Shown: positions 28,265 to 37,337 of the stretch, piece after piece
How the letters are laid out: every line of letters starts with the position of its first letter
How positions within the stretch are numbered: the stretch's first letter is position 1
Assembly (NCBI GenBank): GCA_964636355.1
Contig: CAZWRG010000006.1
Coordinates: forward strand, 660-64,659
Source of the DNA: an uncultured Candidatus Saccharibacteria bacterium
GTDB lineage: Bacteria > Patescibacteriota > Saccharimonadia > Saccharimonadales > JAGQNK01
Length of the DNA: 64,000 nt
Direction of reading: 5' to 3'
Position numbers and translations under genes: made by a program
Notes under the pieces: model-generated
What the model saw: only the letters and a program-made list of their open reading frames with translations
What the model was told of the DNA's origin: nothing
The model's database searches: none

Positions 28265-30637
28265 TCAGTCGCTCCCCAGATCAGAAACGTCCAGTGTAAC
28301 AGTAGCTCCCGACGATATTTGACCGCTAAGGATTCGATTTGCAACGGTATCTTCGACTCTTCGCTGAATAGTCCGGCGCATTGGCCGGGCTCCAAATTGC
28401 GGATCATAGCCCTCATCAACCAGCGCCAGAAGCGCGGCGTCGGTCAGATTTATTTGAATATTCTGATTGGCCAGATTTTTATTGACTGATTCCATCATCA
28501 GCAGCGCAACTTGCTTTAATTCATCTTGGCCAAGCGGCTTAAACAGCACGATTTCATCAAAACGGTTGATTAGCTCAGCCCGATAAGTACCGGCGCTAAT
28601 CAGGTTATTAATCAGCTGATCTTTAAAACCAGCATCCAGCTGGCCGGTATTGACTTGGTTTAGAATTTCGCTGGAACCAGCATTGGAAGTGGCAATAATG
28701 ATAGCATTTTGAAACGCTGCTGGCTTACCGCTTGTGTCAGTAAGCTGGCCTTCGTCAAGTAACTGCAAAAGCAAATTCAGGATACTTTCGTGAGCTTTTT
28801 CGATTTCATCAAGCAAAACAACAGAAAACGGCTGTTTACGAATTTTGAGCAGCAAACTGTCGGTTTCTGAGCCGGGATCGAGCAATCGACTGGCATCGCT
28901 GGCTTGTTGATATTCACTCATGTCCAGACGAATCATATTAGCCTCATCATCAAAAACCGTTGCGGCCAAAGATTTAGCCAGTTCGGTTTTACCGACTCCA
29001 GTCGGGCCTAGGAACAAAAAACTTCCGATAGGTCGGTTAGAGCTACCAACGCCGGCCCTCGACCGCCGCAGAGCACTGGACACAACTCTTACGGCATCGA
29101 TCTGATTAACCATCCGGCTATGTATTCTGTCTTCTAGTTGCAACAGGCTCTGGGCCTCCTGGGCTTGGGCAGCTGTGGCTTTGACGCCCAGCGTTTGCTC
29201 GATAGTTTTTTGGACACTTAAAGCGGTTATAACATTATTTTGAGCGTTAGCGGCAGATTGTTCCAGTAGCTTGATGGCCTTACCAGGAAAAGCCGAGTCC
29301 TGAATGTACTGCTCGCTTAAACGATAGGCCTCCTTAACGGCCTCAAAACTAACGATTTTTTTGGTTTGAAATTCAATATTTAAAGCGGCATCCTCGATAA
29401 TTTTAAGCGATTCTTCTTTGGATGGTTCTTGCATGACAACTGGATTCAACATTGAGGTCAGACCTGGGTTGGTTGTTTTTAGCCGCTGATAATCGGTGCT
29501 GCTAAAGGTTGTAATTAATTTTAATCGTCGGTTTTGAAGGATCGGCATCAAAATCCGCGACATATCGAAAGATCCTGTTCCCTCTTGGAAAAACAGCTGG
29601 GCGTCATCTAAGAATAAAATCATATTTCCAGCCCTAATTGCCTCGGCAAATAAATGAAGCATGATATTTTCGAGGTTGTGTTTATCCTCTGACAGGATGA
29701 CCGAAGCGTTTAAATTGACAATTTGATGATCTCTAAGTTTATTGCTGGCGCGATCTTCCAACAGCCTTTGCGCCAAAGCATAAACGGCTGAAGTCTTGCC
29801 TATTCCATAGTCGCCAACAATTGCAACGCTGCCAGTTTGATCGAGGCCATTAATAACCGCATCTATCACTTTACTGCGCGACATAAAATGAGAATTGCTG
29901 CGGCTTAATTGGATACTGCGACTAATATTGCTGCTGTAGCGCTCTAACATGGGCGTGAATCCAAACGCCCAATCCCGTCCAATGCCGCCAAAGTAAGGTT
30001 TTGGCATGTTTTGATAAGTCACAATTCTATCAAGCCAGGAATGAGCGGCTATAACATCCTCTTGTTTTATATTTCTAGCGGCTAATACTTCTAAAATTGC
30101 TGGCGAAGACAAAATTAAAGCTGACGTCAACGGACCAGCTCGGAGAGTTTGGCCAGCTGCTTGTTGAGGGTTTTGGATTTGCATGGCCATTTGCCAAATA
30201 TTATCTAAGTCATCAGGATTTTCACTCAGGGCATCAGCTACAAAATTTGGATCAATCAATAGCCGGTTGGTGATAAAAACTTCTTCCCAGTTGCCTGATA
30301 AAGATTGCCAGACGCTTCGCGGGGTGAGCGGCTGCTTAAGCTTGGCCAAAACAGATTGGTCAAGAACATCATCAATCGATTTTACAGATTTATTTGGCGG
30401 TAGTTTAGTAAGCTCGGTCTTATACCAAATGGCCCACATCGCACAAACAATGGCCAAACCTAGCAGCACATAACCAAACGAAACACCGGTAATTAACAGA
30501 TATGCGCCGCCTAGCAACAGAGCTGCGCCAAATAGTTTGGTTAGCAAAAAGCCAAACCGCTTCATACGAAGAGCCAATCGGGCCTTGCGGCTGCGGGTGC
30601 TTTTTAGGTTGGGGGGCAAAAGCTGGTTGTTCATCAC
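28265..30637 (-). CDS. Membrane-anchored ClpA/ClpB-like double AAA+ ATPase
   Basis: Two N-terminal TM helices. NBD1 has GDYGIGKT but ILFLDDAQ in place of the DE Walker B. NBD2 is canonical (GPTGVGKTE, VVLLDEIEKAH, GARPMRR). No ClpB middle domain is evident. Confidence 0.75.
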   Translation of the reverse strand: MMNNQLLPPNLKSTRSRKARLALRMKRFGFLLTKLFGAALLLGGAYLLITGVSFGYVLLGLAIVCAMWAIWYKTELTKLPPNKSVKSIDDVLDQSVLAKLKQPLTPRSVWQSLSGNWEEVFITNRLLIDPNFVADALSENPDDLDNIWQMAMQIQNPQQAAGQTLRAGPLTSALILSSPAILEVLAARNIKQEDVIAAHSWLDRIVTYQNMPKPYFGGIGRDWAFGFTPMLERYSSNISRSIQLSRSNSHFMSRSKVIDAVINGLDQTGSVAIVGDYGIGKTSAVYALAQRLLEDRASNKLRDHQIVNLNASVILSEDKHNLENIMLHLFAEAIRAGNMILFLDDAQLFFQEGTGSFDMSRILMPILQNRRLKLITTFSSTDYQRLKTTNPGLTSMLNPVVMQEPSKEESLKIIEDAALNIEFQTKKIVSFEAVKEAYRLSEQYIQDSAFPGKAIKLLEQSAANAQNNVITALSVQKTIEQTLGVKATAAQAQEAQSLLQLEDRIHSRMVNQIDAVRVVSSALRRSRAGVGSSNRPIGSFLFLGPTGVGKTELAKSLAATVFDDEANMIRLDMSEYQQASDASRLLDPGSETDSLLLKIRKQPFSVVLLDEIEKAHESILNLLLQLLDEGQLTDTSGKPAAFQNAIIIATSNAGSSEILNQVNTGQLDAGFKDQLINNLISAGTYRAELINRFDEIVLFKPLGQDELKQVALLMMESVNKNLANQNIQINLTDAALLALVDEGYDPQFGARPMRRTIQRRVEDTVANRILSGQISSGATVTLDVSDLGSD

Positions 30638-30996
30638 ATGAGGCCTTTTACAATTAATCCAATTGATAAAATCGGCACAAATGGCCAGGCCAGAACAATT
30701 AAAACTCCTAAAATAAAGCTTCCGCTGACTAAAACTAAAGCCAAACTAAGAACGATTAATCGACTAAAAAACCCCACCGTTCTAGAAATTAAATTATCAA
30801 TCGCGCCGCGAATCCGATCGTCTAATGTCCGACCGCCAACTGACACAACTCTGCGCCAAGGAGAAAACAGTGTTTTAAGCAGCGTGACTGTCGAAAACGC
30901 ATGGGCTACGCTGGTGGTTCGGCTAATCACTCGCCTAGCAGCGGTTGCCCAACCTTGCACATACCACCAACGCAGCAGCTCAATAATCATGAGCAT
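30634..30996 (-). CDS. Small membrane protein translationally coupled to the AAA+ gene
   Basis: 4-nt overlap with the AAA+ start. 2-3 TM helices. TACAAT abuts the first ATG, so the leaderless start may be the ATG at 30990. Confidence 0.5.
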   Translation of the reverse strand: MLMIIELLRWWYVQGWATAARRVISRTTSVAHAFSTVTLLKTLFSPWRRVVSVGGRTLDDRIRGAIDNLISRTVGFFSRLIVLSLALVLVSGSFILGVLIVLAWPFVPILSIGLIVKGLM

Positions 30997-31116
30997 ATTG
31001 TATCAGTTAAGCAGCTGTTTAGTATAGAGTTGTCAAATATTTTTAAGACGATTGATAATGTAAGATGGATAATATAAATGTTTGTAAGGCAATTACTTTA
31101 GGCCATAGATAAGGGG

Positions 31117-31506
31117 GTGAATATAAATCAAAAAACAGCTCAAGAGCAAATAAGCGAGATTATTGATAACAGTCCTGGCTGGAAGAAAGATGTTTTATCG
31201 CGAATTCGTGAGGTTATTTTAACGGCCGATCCTAGAATCATTGAAGAAGTAAAATGGAAAACTGCCTCCAGGCCAGAAGGCCTGCCAGTTTGGTCGCACA
31301 ATGGAATAATTTGTATCGCCGAAACCTGGAAAGATAACATAAAACTGGTTTTCTTTAAGGGTGCTAAAATGTCTGACTCCAAAAAGTTGTTTAATGCGCG
31401 GTTAAAAAGTGCCACTGATCGGGCGATTGAGTTTCATGAAGGTGACAATCTAGACGAACAAGGACTAAAGGAATTGGTCAAACAAGCTATAGAGCTAAAT
31501 AACTAA
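31117..31506 (+). CDS. DUF1801 (YdhG-like) domain protein
   Basis: 129 aa. VKWKTA...WSHNGIICIAETWKDNIKLVFFKG pattern. GTG start after AAGGGGG. Confidence 0.55.
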   Translation: MNINQKTAQEQISEIIDNSPGWKKDVLSRIREVILTADPRIIEEVKWKTASRPEGLPVWSHNGIICIAETWKDNIKLVFFKGAKMSDSKKLFNARLKSATDRAIEFHEGDNLDEQGLKELVKQAIELNN

Positions 31507-31508
31507 AG

Positions 31509-31532
31509 TAAAACCCCGTCACGTTGACAGGG
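31509..31532 (-). terminator. Terminator after tRNA-Gln
   Basis: CCCTGTCA pairs with TGACGGGG (8 bp, one G-U) in minus sense, followed by TTTTAC. Confidence 0.55.
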
Positions 31533-31540
31533 TCTCACTT

Positions 31541-31615
31541 TGGCTAGGGCGGAGGGATTCGAACCCCCGAATGCCAGGACCAAAACCTGGTGCCTTACCA
31601 CTTGGCCACGCCCTA
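31541..31615 (-). tRNA. tRNA-Gln (anticodon TTG), CCA encoded
   Basis: Minus-sense TAGGGCGTGGCCAAGTGGTAAGGCACCAGGTTTTGGTCCTGGCATTCGGGGGTTCGAATCCCTCCGCCCTAGCCA. Cloverleaf folds by hand. Anticodon loop is TTTTGGT. Confidence 0.9.
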
Positions 31616-31852
31616 ATATTCTAGAAAGCTTTATAATGTACAAGAACGTCAGTAAATGTTTTGGCCCATGGCCAGGACTATAACAATTTGGTTGCCTTAC
31701 GCAACGGCCTGGTGCCTTACCACTTGGCGACGCCCTAATAATCAAGAAAGCTTTATAATGTACAAGAACGTCGATAGGATTTTGGTCCAGGACTACAACA
31801 ATTTGGTTGCCTTACGCAACGGCCTGGTGCCTTACCACTTGGCGACGCCCTA
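31616..31852 (-). repeat. Two tandem units (122 and 115 bp), each a promoter-like spacer plus a truncated tRNA-Gln copy
   Basis: Copies at 31672-31737 and 31787-31852 keep the acceptor 5' strand, D-arm and anticodon stem (28 of 29 nt identical). A 31-nt insert (CCGTTGCGTAAGGCAACCAAATTGTTRTAGT) replaces the anticodon loop. T-arm and 3' acceptor are absent. Confidence 0.75.
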
Positions 31853-31969
31853 ATAAACAGATAGATTTTACCTTAGATATGCCCACTAGACAACTCCCTG
31901 ACCAAACACACACTATTTAGATCAACCAAAATTGGTAATAAGCATAACTAAGTTATAATTAATTTAATA

Positions 31970-32845
31970 ATGCGTGTTATTCATCCCAGCCAATTTGAGA
32001 CAATAAAAAAGCCCAAAAAGCGCTTTAAAGTCAAAAATTTATTGATTGTGGGGGCGGCTGTCTTAATTTTGTTGGGGCTTTGGCAGATAATCCCCTTAGC
32101 TCAAAATGCTCGTGACAATAATGTTTCTGAAAACTCCAATAACCAGCCACAAAATTCAGCTGCAAATCAGCCCTCGGCTTCTAAGACTTTAAGAGTTTTT
32201 CAAGCTGAGCAGTTCAAGCACTTGGCGTTTAGCACTAAATATCCTAACACCGTCATGCTGGAGCGGCCGCCATCAATTACTGGCGTAGAGGCAGCTGATG
32301 AAATTATTCAGGAGTTGGCTGAATCGCGTGGCTATAAATTGTCCAATGTGCCGGTTTCGTCGATCACTAAAATTGATGAACCGCGGCTGGACAGTGATGA
32401 TTTGCTTCAGCCGTTGGCTGCCCGGTCTTGGTCAAAATTAAAATCAGCTGCCGAAAAAGACAATGTGCCACTCGCTCTGCTGTCGGCTTATCGTTCCATA
32501 AATTATCAACGCACGTTGTTTGTTGGCCGTTTGACGGCTCGCGGCGCCACCATCAGTAGTATTGTAAACCGGCGTTCTGACAACCATATTCTTGATACAT
32601 TGAAAATCACGGCTCCGCCCGGCTACTCCAGGCATCATAATGGCTACACGATTGATCTTTGGTGCGAGGATGGCTCTGGGCAGTTTGTCAGAAGCTCTTG
32701 TTATAAGTGGCTAAGTAATGATAATTACAAAATTGCCAAACAAAACAACTGGATTCCAAGCTATCCAGATGGCGTGGAGTTGCAGGGCCCGGAGCCGGAG
32801 CCTTGGGAGTATGTTTGGATGGATAGCAGTTTTTTGTATAACTAA
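31970..32845 (+). CDS. M15B (VanY-like) D-alanyl-D-alanine carboxypeptidase, membrane anchored
   Basis: SAYRSINYQ, GYSRHHNGYTIDL and the C-terminal EPWEY motif are typical of the VanY/M15 family. Confidence 0.75.
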   Translation: MRVIHPSQFETIKKPKKRFKVKNLLIVGAAVLILLGLWQIIPLAQNARDNNVSENSNNQPQNSAANQPSASKTLRVFQAEQFKHLAFSTKYPNTVMLERPPSITGVEAADEIIQELAESRGYKLSNVPVSSITKIDEPRLDSDDLLQPLAARSWSKLKSAAEKDNVPLALLSAYRSINYQRTLFVGRLTARGATISSIVNRRSDNHILDTLKITAPPGYSRHHNGYTIDLWCEDGSGQFVRSSCYKWLSNDNYKIAKQNNWIPSYPDGVELQGPEPEPWEYVWMDSSFLYN

Positions 32846-32918
32846 GCAGCAATTTTTATTTGATAAAAAGCTCAAGCTTGATTTATCTGTCATAGTTGCC
32901 TTAAAGTTAGGCTAAGTT

Positions 32919-33848
32919 ATGGCGAAGAAAAAAACATTAAAGGTTGATGATTTTATTGTGCCGCTGGAAATGAACGGTTTGCAGGGGCGAATGCTGCGTT
33001 TACCGCCGCCCAAAAAACACAACCGCGAAATACTATTTGTGTATGGTCATCATTCATCATTAGAGCGCTGGTGGGGCGTGGTTCAGGATTTAAATCAATA
33101 CGGCGCGGTCACGATGCCTGATTTGCCAGGCTTTGGCGGCATGGAAAGCTTGTATAAAATCGGTGAGAAACCAGATATTGACACTTTAGCTGATTATTTG
33201 GCGGCCTTTGTAAAGCTTCGCTACAAGCGCCGGCGGCTAACAATTGCCGGGCTTTCATTTGGGTTTGTGGTGGTCACCAGAATGCTTCAAAAATATCCGG
33301 ATATTGCTAAGCGCGTAGATATGTTGGTGAGTGTTGTTGGGTTTTCTCATCACGAAGATTTTAGCTTTAGTCCCAGCCGCAAGTTGGCTTATAAAACAGC
33401 TGCCAAATTATTCTCTTATCGTTTGCCGGCGCTGGTGTTTAGAAATGTGTTTCTGCACCCAGCGATTTTAAGAGCTGCCTACGCCAAGACTCGTAACGCC
33501 CGGGATAAATTCAAAGACACCGCTAAAGAAAGCTTCAATCAAGTGATGGATTTTGAGATTTATTTGTGGCATGCCAATGATGTTCGGACTCATATGTACA
33601 CCACCTGGGAGTTTTTGCGGGTCAATAATTGTAATAAACAGGTTGATTTGCCGGTCCACCATATTTCTGTCAGAGTCGATCGTTATTTTGACAATCACAT
33701 TGTCGAGCAGCACTTAAGAGTCATTTTTAATGATTTTCATGAATATAAATCCCGCATGGACGGACATGCTCCGAGCATAATTGCCGATAAAAAAACCGCC
33801 GCGCCGCTGTTCCCCAAAAAACTCCGCAAGATATTAGAATCCAATTAG
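32919..33848 (+). CDS. Alpha/beta hydrolase fold protein
   Basis: ILFVYGHHSS and GLSFGF (GxSxG nucleophile elbow). Confidence 0.6.
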   Translation: MAKKKTLKVDDFIVPLEMNGLQGRMLRLPPPKKHNREILFVYGHHSSLERWWGVVQDLNQYGAVTMPDLPGFGGMESLYKIGEKPDIDTLADYLAAFVKLRYKRRRLTIAGLSFGFVVVTRMLQKYPDIAKRVDMLVSVVGFSHHEDFSFSPSRKLAYKTAAKLFSYRLPALVFRNVFLHPAILRAAYAKTRNARDKFKDTAKESFNQVMDFEIYLWHANDVRTHMYTTWEFLRVNNCNKQVDLPVHHISVRVDRYFDNHIVEQHLRVIFNDFHEYKSRMDGHAPSIIADKKTAAPLFPKKLRKILESN

Positions 33849-33870
33849 TTTGGTATAATGTTTATCAATC

Positions 33871-34992
33871 ATGAAAATAGGACTGATTTGTCCATATAAC
33901 ATTGGACTGGGTGGTGGAGTGCAAGAATGCGTTAAAGCTACGCAAGCTGAGCTAATGCGCCGCGGTCATGATGTCCACATAATTACTCCGCTTTCTAAAG
34001 AAGCCAAAAATAATCCGCCAGCTAACACGATTTTAATTGGGACCGGCACCGATATTCGTTCGCCTTTCGCGACTACTGCTCAGGTTTCGGCGACATTTAA
34101 TACCGATGAAATTGCTGAGATTTTACAGACTGAGAAGTTTGATATTTTGCACTTTCATGAGCCATGGGTACCGATGTTGTCCCGCCAGCTGCTGGCCAAA
34201 AGCCAAAGTATTAATGTGGCGACTTTTCACGCTCGAATGCCTGATGGCATGATGACTAAAACAATCGAACGAGTAATCACTCCCTACACTAAATCAATCC
34301 TAAAATCTTTTGACGGCTTAACGGCTGTTTCCGACCCGGCGTCTCAATACGTAAAAAGTCTCACCTCCCAAAAGATTGAAATTATTCCAAATGGTATTGA
34401 TCTTGAAAAATATCGTCCTAATCGCTCAATCACCAATGGTGACAAAACCAGTATTTTATACATTGGCCGTTTAGAGAGACGCAAAGGGTTAAAATATTTG
34501 CTTGATGCCTTTGCAAGATTGGGCGATAAAAACTGCACATTAAAAATCGCTGGTAACGGCCCAGACCGCAAGAAGTTAGAAGCATATGTTAAGGATAAAA
34601 AAATAAATAACGTCGAGTTTTTGGGCTTTATTTCCGAGCAGCAAAAACTAAAACTTTTAAAAGAAGCCGATGTTTTTTGCTCGCCAGCTATTTACGGCGA
34701 GAGTTTTGGGATTGTTTTACTAGAGGCAATGGCCAGCGGCACACCAGTAGTGGCCGCCAACAATCCTGGCTACGTTTCAGTTATGGAGGGTCGCGGTTTG
34801 ATTTCGCTGGTCGATCCCAAAGACACCGCCCAGTTTGCTAGACGCCTCGCACTACTGCTCTATGATAAAGACCTAGCCAAACTGTGGCGAGCTTGGGCGC
34901 TTAAATACGTAACCAGATTTGATTACCGAAAAGTTGTTGATCAGTACGAAAATCTATATAAAAAATTGTTAAGCGAAAAATCAAAAACATGA
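33871..34992 (+). CDS. Glycosyltransferase family 4 (GT-B)
   Basis: YIGRLERRKG and GESFGIVLLEAMASGTPVV (E-x7-E region). Confidence 0.8.
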   Translation: MKIGLICPYNIGLGGGVQECVKATQAELMRRGHDVHIITPLSKEAKNNPPANTILIGTGTDIRSPFATTAQVSATFNTDEIAEILQTEKFDILHFHEPWVPMLSRQLLAKSQSINVATFHARMPDGMMTKTIERVITPYTKSILKSFDGLTAVSDPASQYVKSLTSQKIEIIPNGIDLEKYRPNRSITNGDKTSILYIGRLERRKGLKYLLDAFARLGDKNCTLKIAGNGPDRKKLEAYVKDKKINNVEFLGFISEQQKLKLLKEADVFCSPAIYGESFGIVLLEAMASGTPVVAANNPGYVSVMEGRGLISLVDPKDTAQFARRLALLLYDKDLAKLWRAWALKYVTRFDYRKVVDQYENLYKKLLSEKSKT

Positions 34993-36125
34993 AAATTGGC
35001 TTCGTGCTGGATGACAGTTTGGACAAAACTGACGGTGTCCAGCAGTACGTTTTAACGCTTGGTGAGTGGTTTAGCGCTCAGGGGCATGAAGTTCATTATT
35101 TAGTTGGTGACAGCAGGCGACGTGATATAAAAAACATCCATTCGCTGGCGAGAAATCTCAGAGTGCAGTTTAATCAAAACCGGATGTCGACTCCCCTGCC
35201 CGTCAGCCGCCGAAAAGTTAAGGCTTTGCTTGATAAGGAGCAGTTTGATGTTTTACATGTTCAGATGCCCTACAGCCCCTTCCTGGCGGCCAGGGTAATT
35301 TTATCGGCCAGTCCGTCGACAGCCGTGATTGGTACTTTCCACATTCTGCCGTTTTCCAAAATTGAATCTATGGCTACTAAATTATTAGCCCATTGGCTGT
35401 GGCGCTCAAGACGCCGTTTTGATCAAGTTTTTAGTGTTTCGCGGCCGGCCGCCGATTTTGCTAAAAGCCACTTTGGAGTAACCAGCCAGGTCTTACCTAA
35501 TGCAGTTGATGTTTCAAAGTTTAAAACCGTGAAGACTTTTAAGAAATACGCTGATGGCAAAATAAATATTGTTTATCTGGGAAGATTAGTTGAGCGAAAA
35601 GGTTGCATGCACCTATTAAAAGCGCTGGCGCTGCTTAATAAAAATCAGAGTCTTTTAAATGTGCGGGTGATAATTGCCGGTAAAGGCCCGCTGCTGGAGG
35701 AGCTTAAATCTTTCGCCAGTAAGCATCAGCTCAGTAAGGTGGTTGATTTCACTGGCTTTGTCAGCGAAGAAGAAAAGCCAAGACTACTAGCCAGCGCCAA
35801 TATTGCTGTGATGCCCAGCACTGGCGGTGAAAGCTTTGGGATTGTTTTAGTCGAGGCCATGGCCGCTGGTTCAGAAGTGGTTTTAGCCGGCGATAATATG
35901 GGCTACAGAACTGTTATGGACGGCCGTGAAAAGCAGTTAATCGACCCAAAAAATACTCAGCAGTTTGCGGAAAGGTTAAGTCACTTTATCTCTAGTGCCG
36001 CGGTTCGGCATCAAGCCAAAAAATGGCAGCTTGAAAGAATAAAGGATTTTGATGTTAGCTTAATAGGAGAGAGACTGTTAAAAAATTACACTAAAGTATT
36101 GAGAAATAAATCATCCGTGCGATAA
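34989..36125 (+). CDS. Glycosyltransferase family 4 (GT-B), tandem paralog
   Basis: 4-nt overlap with the upstream GT4. YLGRLVERKG and GESFGIVLVEAMAAGSEVV. Confidence 0.8.
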   Translation: MKIGFVLDDSLDKTDGVQQYVLTLGEWFSAQGHEVHYLVGDSRRRDIKNIHSLARNLRVQFNQNRMSTPLPVSRRKVKALLDKEQFDVLHVQMPYSPFLAARVILSASPSTAVIGTFHILPFSKIESMATKLLAHWLWRSRRRFDQVFSVSRPAADFAKSHFGVTSQVLPNAVDVSKFKTVKTFKKYADGKINIVYLGRLVERKGCMHLLKALALLNKNQSLLNVRVIIAGKGPLLEELKSFASKHQLSKVVDFTGFVSEEEKPRLLASANIAVMPSTGGESFGIVLVEAMAAGSEVVLAGDNMGYRTVMDGREKQLIDPKNTQQFAERLSHFISSAAVRHQAKKWQLERIKDFDVSLIGERLLKNYTKVLRNKSSVR

Positions 36126-36158
36126 TTAATAATAACAACCAACTAATGCGAGAAAAAT

Positions 36159-37274
36159 ATGCTCAACTGGTTTAAAAAAGACAAACCCAATCAAGTCGAA
36201 TTAACCGTATCCAACCAAACAGTTATCAGGGTTGTGCTGGTTGTTATTTTGTCATTTCTATTTCTGGCGGCAATTCGTCAGGCAGCCTATGCTTTATCAC
36301 TTATAGCTACGGCATTTTTTTTAGCACTAGCCCTTAACGGCCCTGTGCATTGGCTAGCCAGCCGGATGCCAGGCAGGATGCGAGGCAACCGAACTTTTGC
36401 AACCGGAATTTCCTTTTTGGCGATAGTTATAATTATTGGCGGCTTTATTGCCAGCATTGCACCGCCTTTGGTTCGACAAACCAGCAGCTTTATAAAAGCC
36501 GCGCCGGGGTTAGTTGAGGATGTGCGCAGCGAAGACAGCAGTTTGGGTCAGTTTGTACGGCGCAATGGTCTGGAAGATCAGGTTGATAAACTTTCCGGTG
36601 AGATTTCGGAAAGGCTGGGAAACATAGGCGGTACAGCATTTAACACCGCAACCCGGCTGGGTGGAAGTATTTTTGCAACTTTAACTGTGCTTGTTTTGAC
36701 TTTTATGATGTTGGCGGAAGGTCAACGGTGGCTTGGTTTATTTAAGAAACTAATCCCAGCAGATAGAGTGGATCATGTAGAAAGTCTGGCTCTAAAAATG
36801 TATGCCGTCGTGAGAGGTTATGTAAACGGCCAGGTTGTTTTGGCTGGTACGGCTGCGCTTTTGATTTTGGTGCCGTTGTTTATTTTGGACATCAGCTATC
36901 CGATCGCACTGATGGTGATTGTTTTTATAAGTGGTCTTATTCCGATGATTGGTCACTATTTTGGTGCTAGTATTGTAACTTTGGTGGCTTTGTTTTCCTC
37001 GCCAGTCGACGCATTGATCATTTTAGGTTATTACATTTTGTATCAACAAATTGAAAACTACGTCGTCCAGCCGACTGTTCAGTCTAATACCACTAATATG
37101 TCGCCGCTGCTTGTCTTTTGTTCGGTGATCATTGGTGTCAGCTTTGGCGGCCTGCTTGGTGGTTTGGTGGCAATCCCAGTCGCCGGCTGTCTGCGAGTGT
37201 TGCTACTTGACTACTTAAGCCAGCGAAAATATCTTGAAAACGGCTTACCAGTAAAAGCCAAAACATCAGACTAG
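36159..37274 (+). CDS. AI-2E family transporter (PerM/YhhT-like)
   Basis: 371 aa with 7-8 TM helices. The C-terminal QQIENYVVQPTV...GGLLGGLVAIPVAG pattern is typical of the AI-2E family. Confidence 0.75.
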   Translation: MLNWFKKDKPNQVELTVSNQTVIRVVLVVILSFLFLAAIRQAAYALSLIATAFFLALALNGPVHWLASRMPGRMRGNRTFATGISFLAIVIIIGGFIASIAPPLVRQTSSFIKAAPGLVEDVRSEDSSLGQFVRRNGLEDQVDKLSGEISERLGNIGGTAFNTATRLGGSIFATLTVLVLTFMMLAEGQRWLGLFKKLIPADRVDHVESLALKMYAVVRGYVNGQVVLAGTAALLILVPLFILDISYPIALMVIVFISGLIPMIGHYFGASIVTLVALFSSPVDALIILGYYILYQQIENYVVQPTVQSNTTNMSPLLVFCSVIIGVSFGGLLGGLVAIPVAGCLRVLLLDYLSQRKYLENGLPVKAKTSD

Positions 37275-37337
37275 CACCTTCATTGCTTTCACTGCCTCAC
37301 CCTCCCCTGGCTTTTATTAGTTTGGCGGTGGGGTTTG

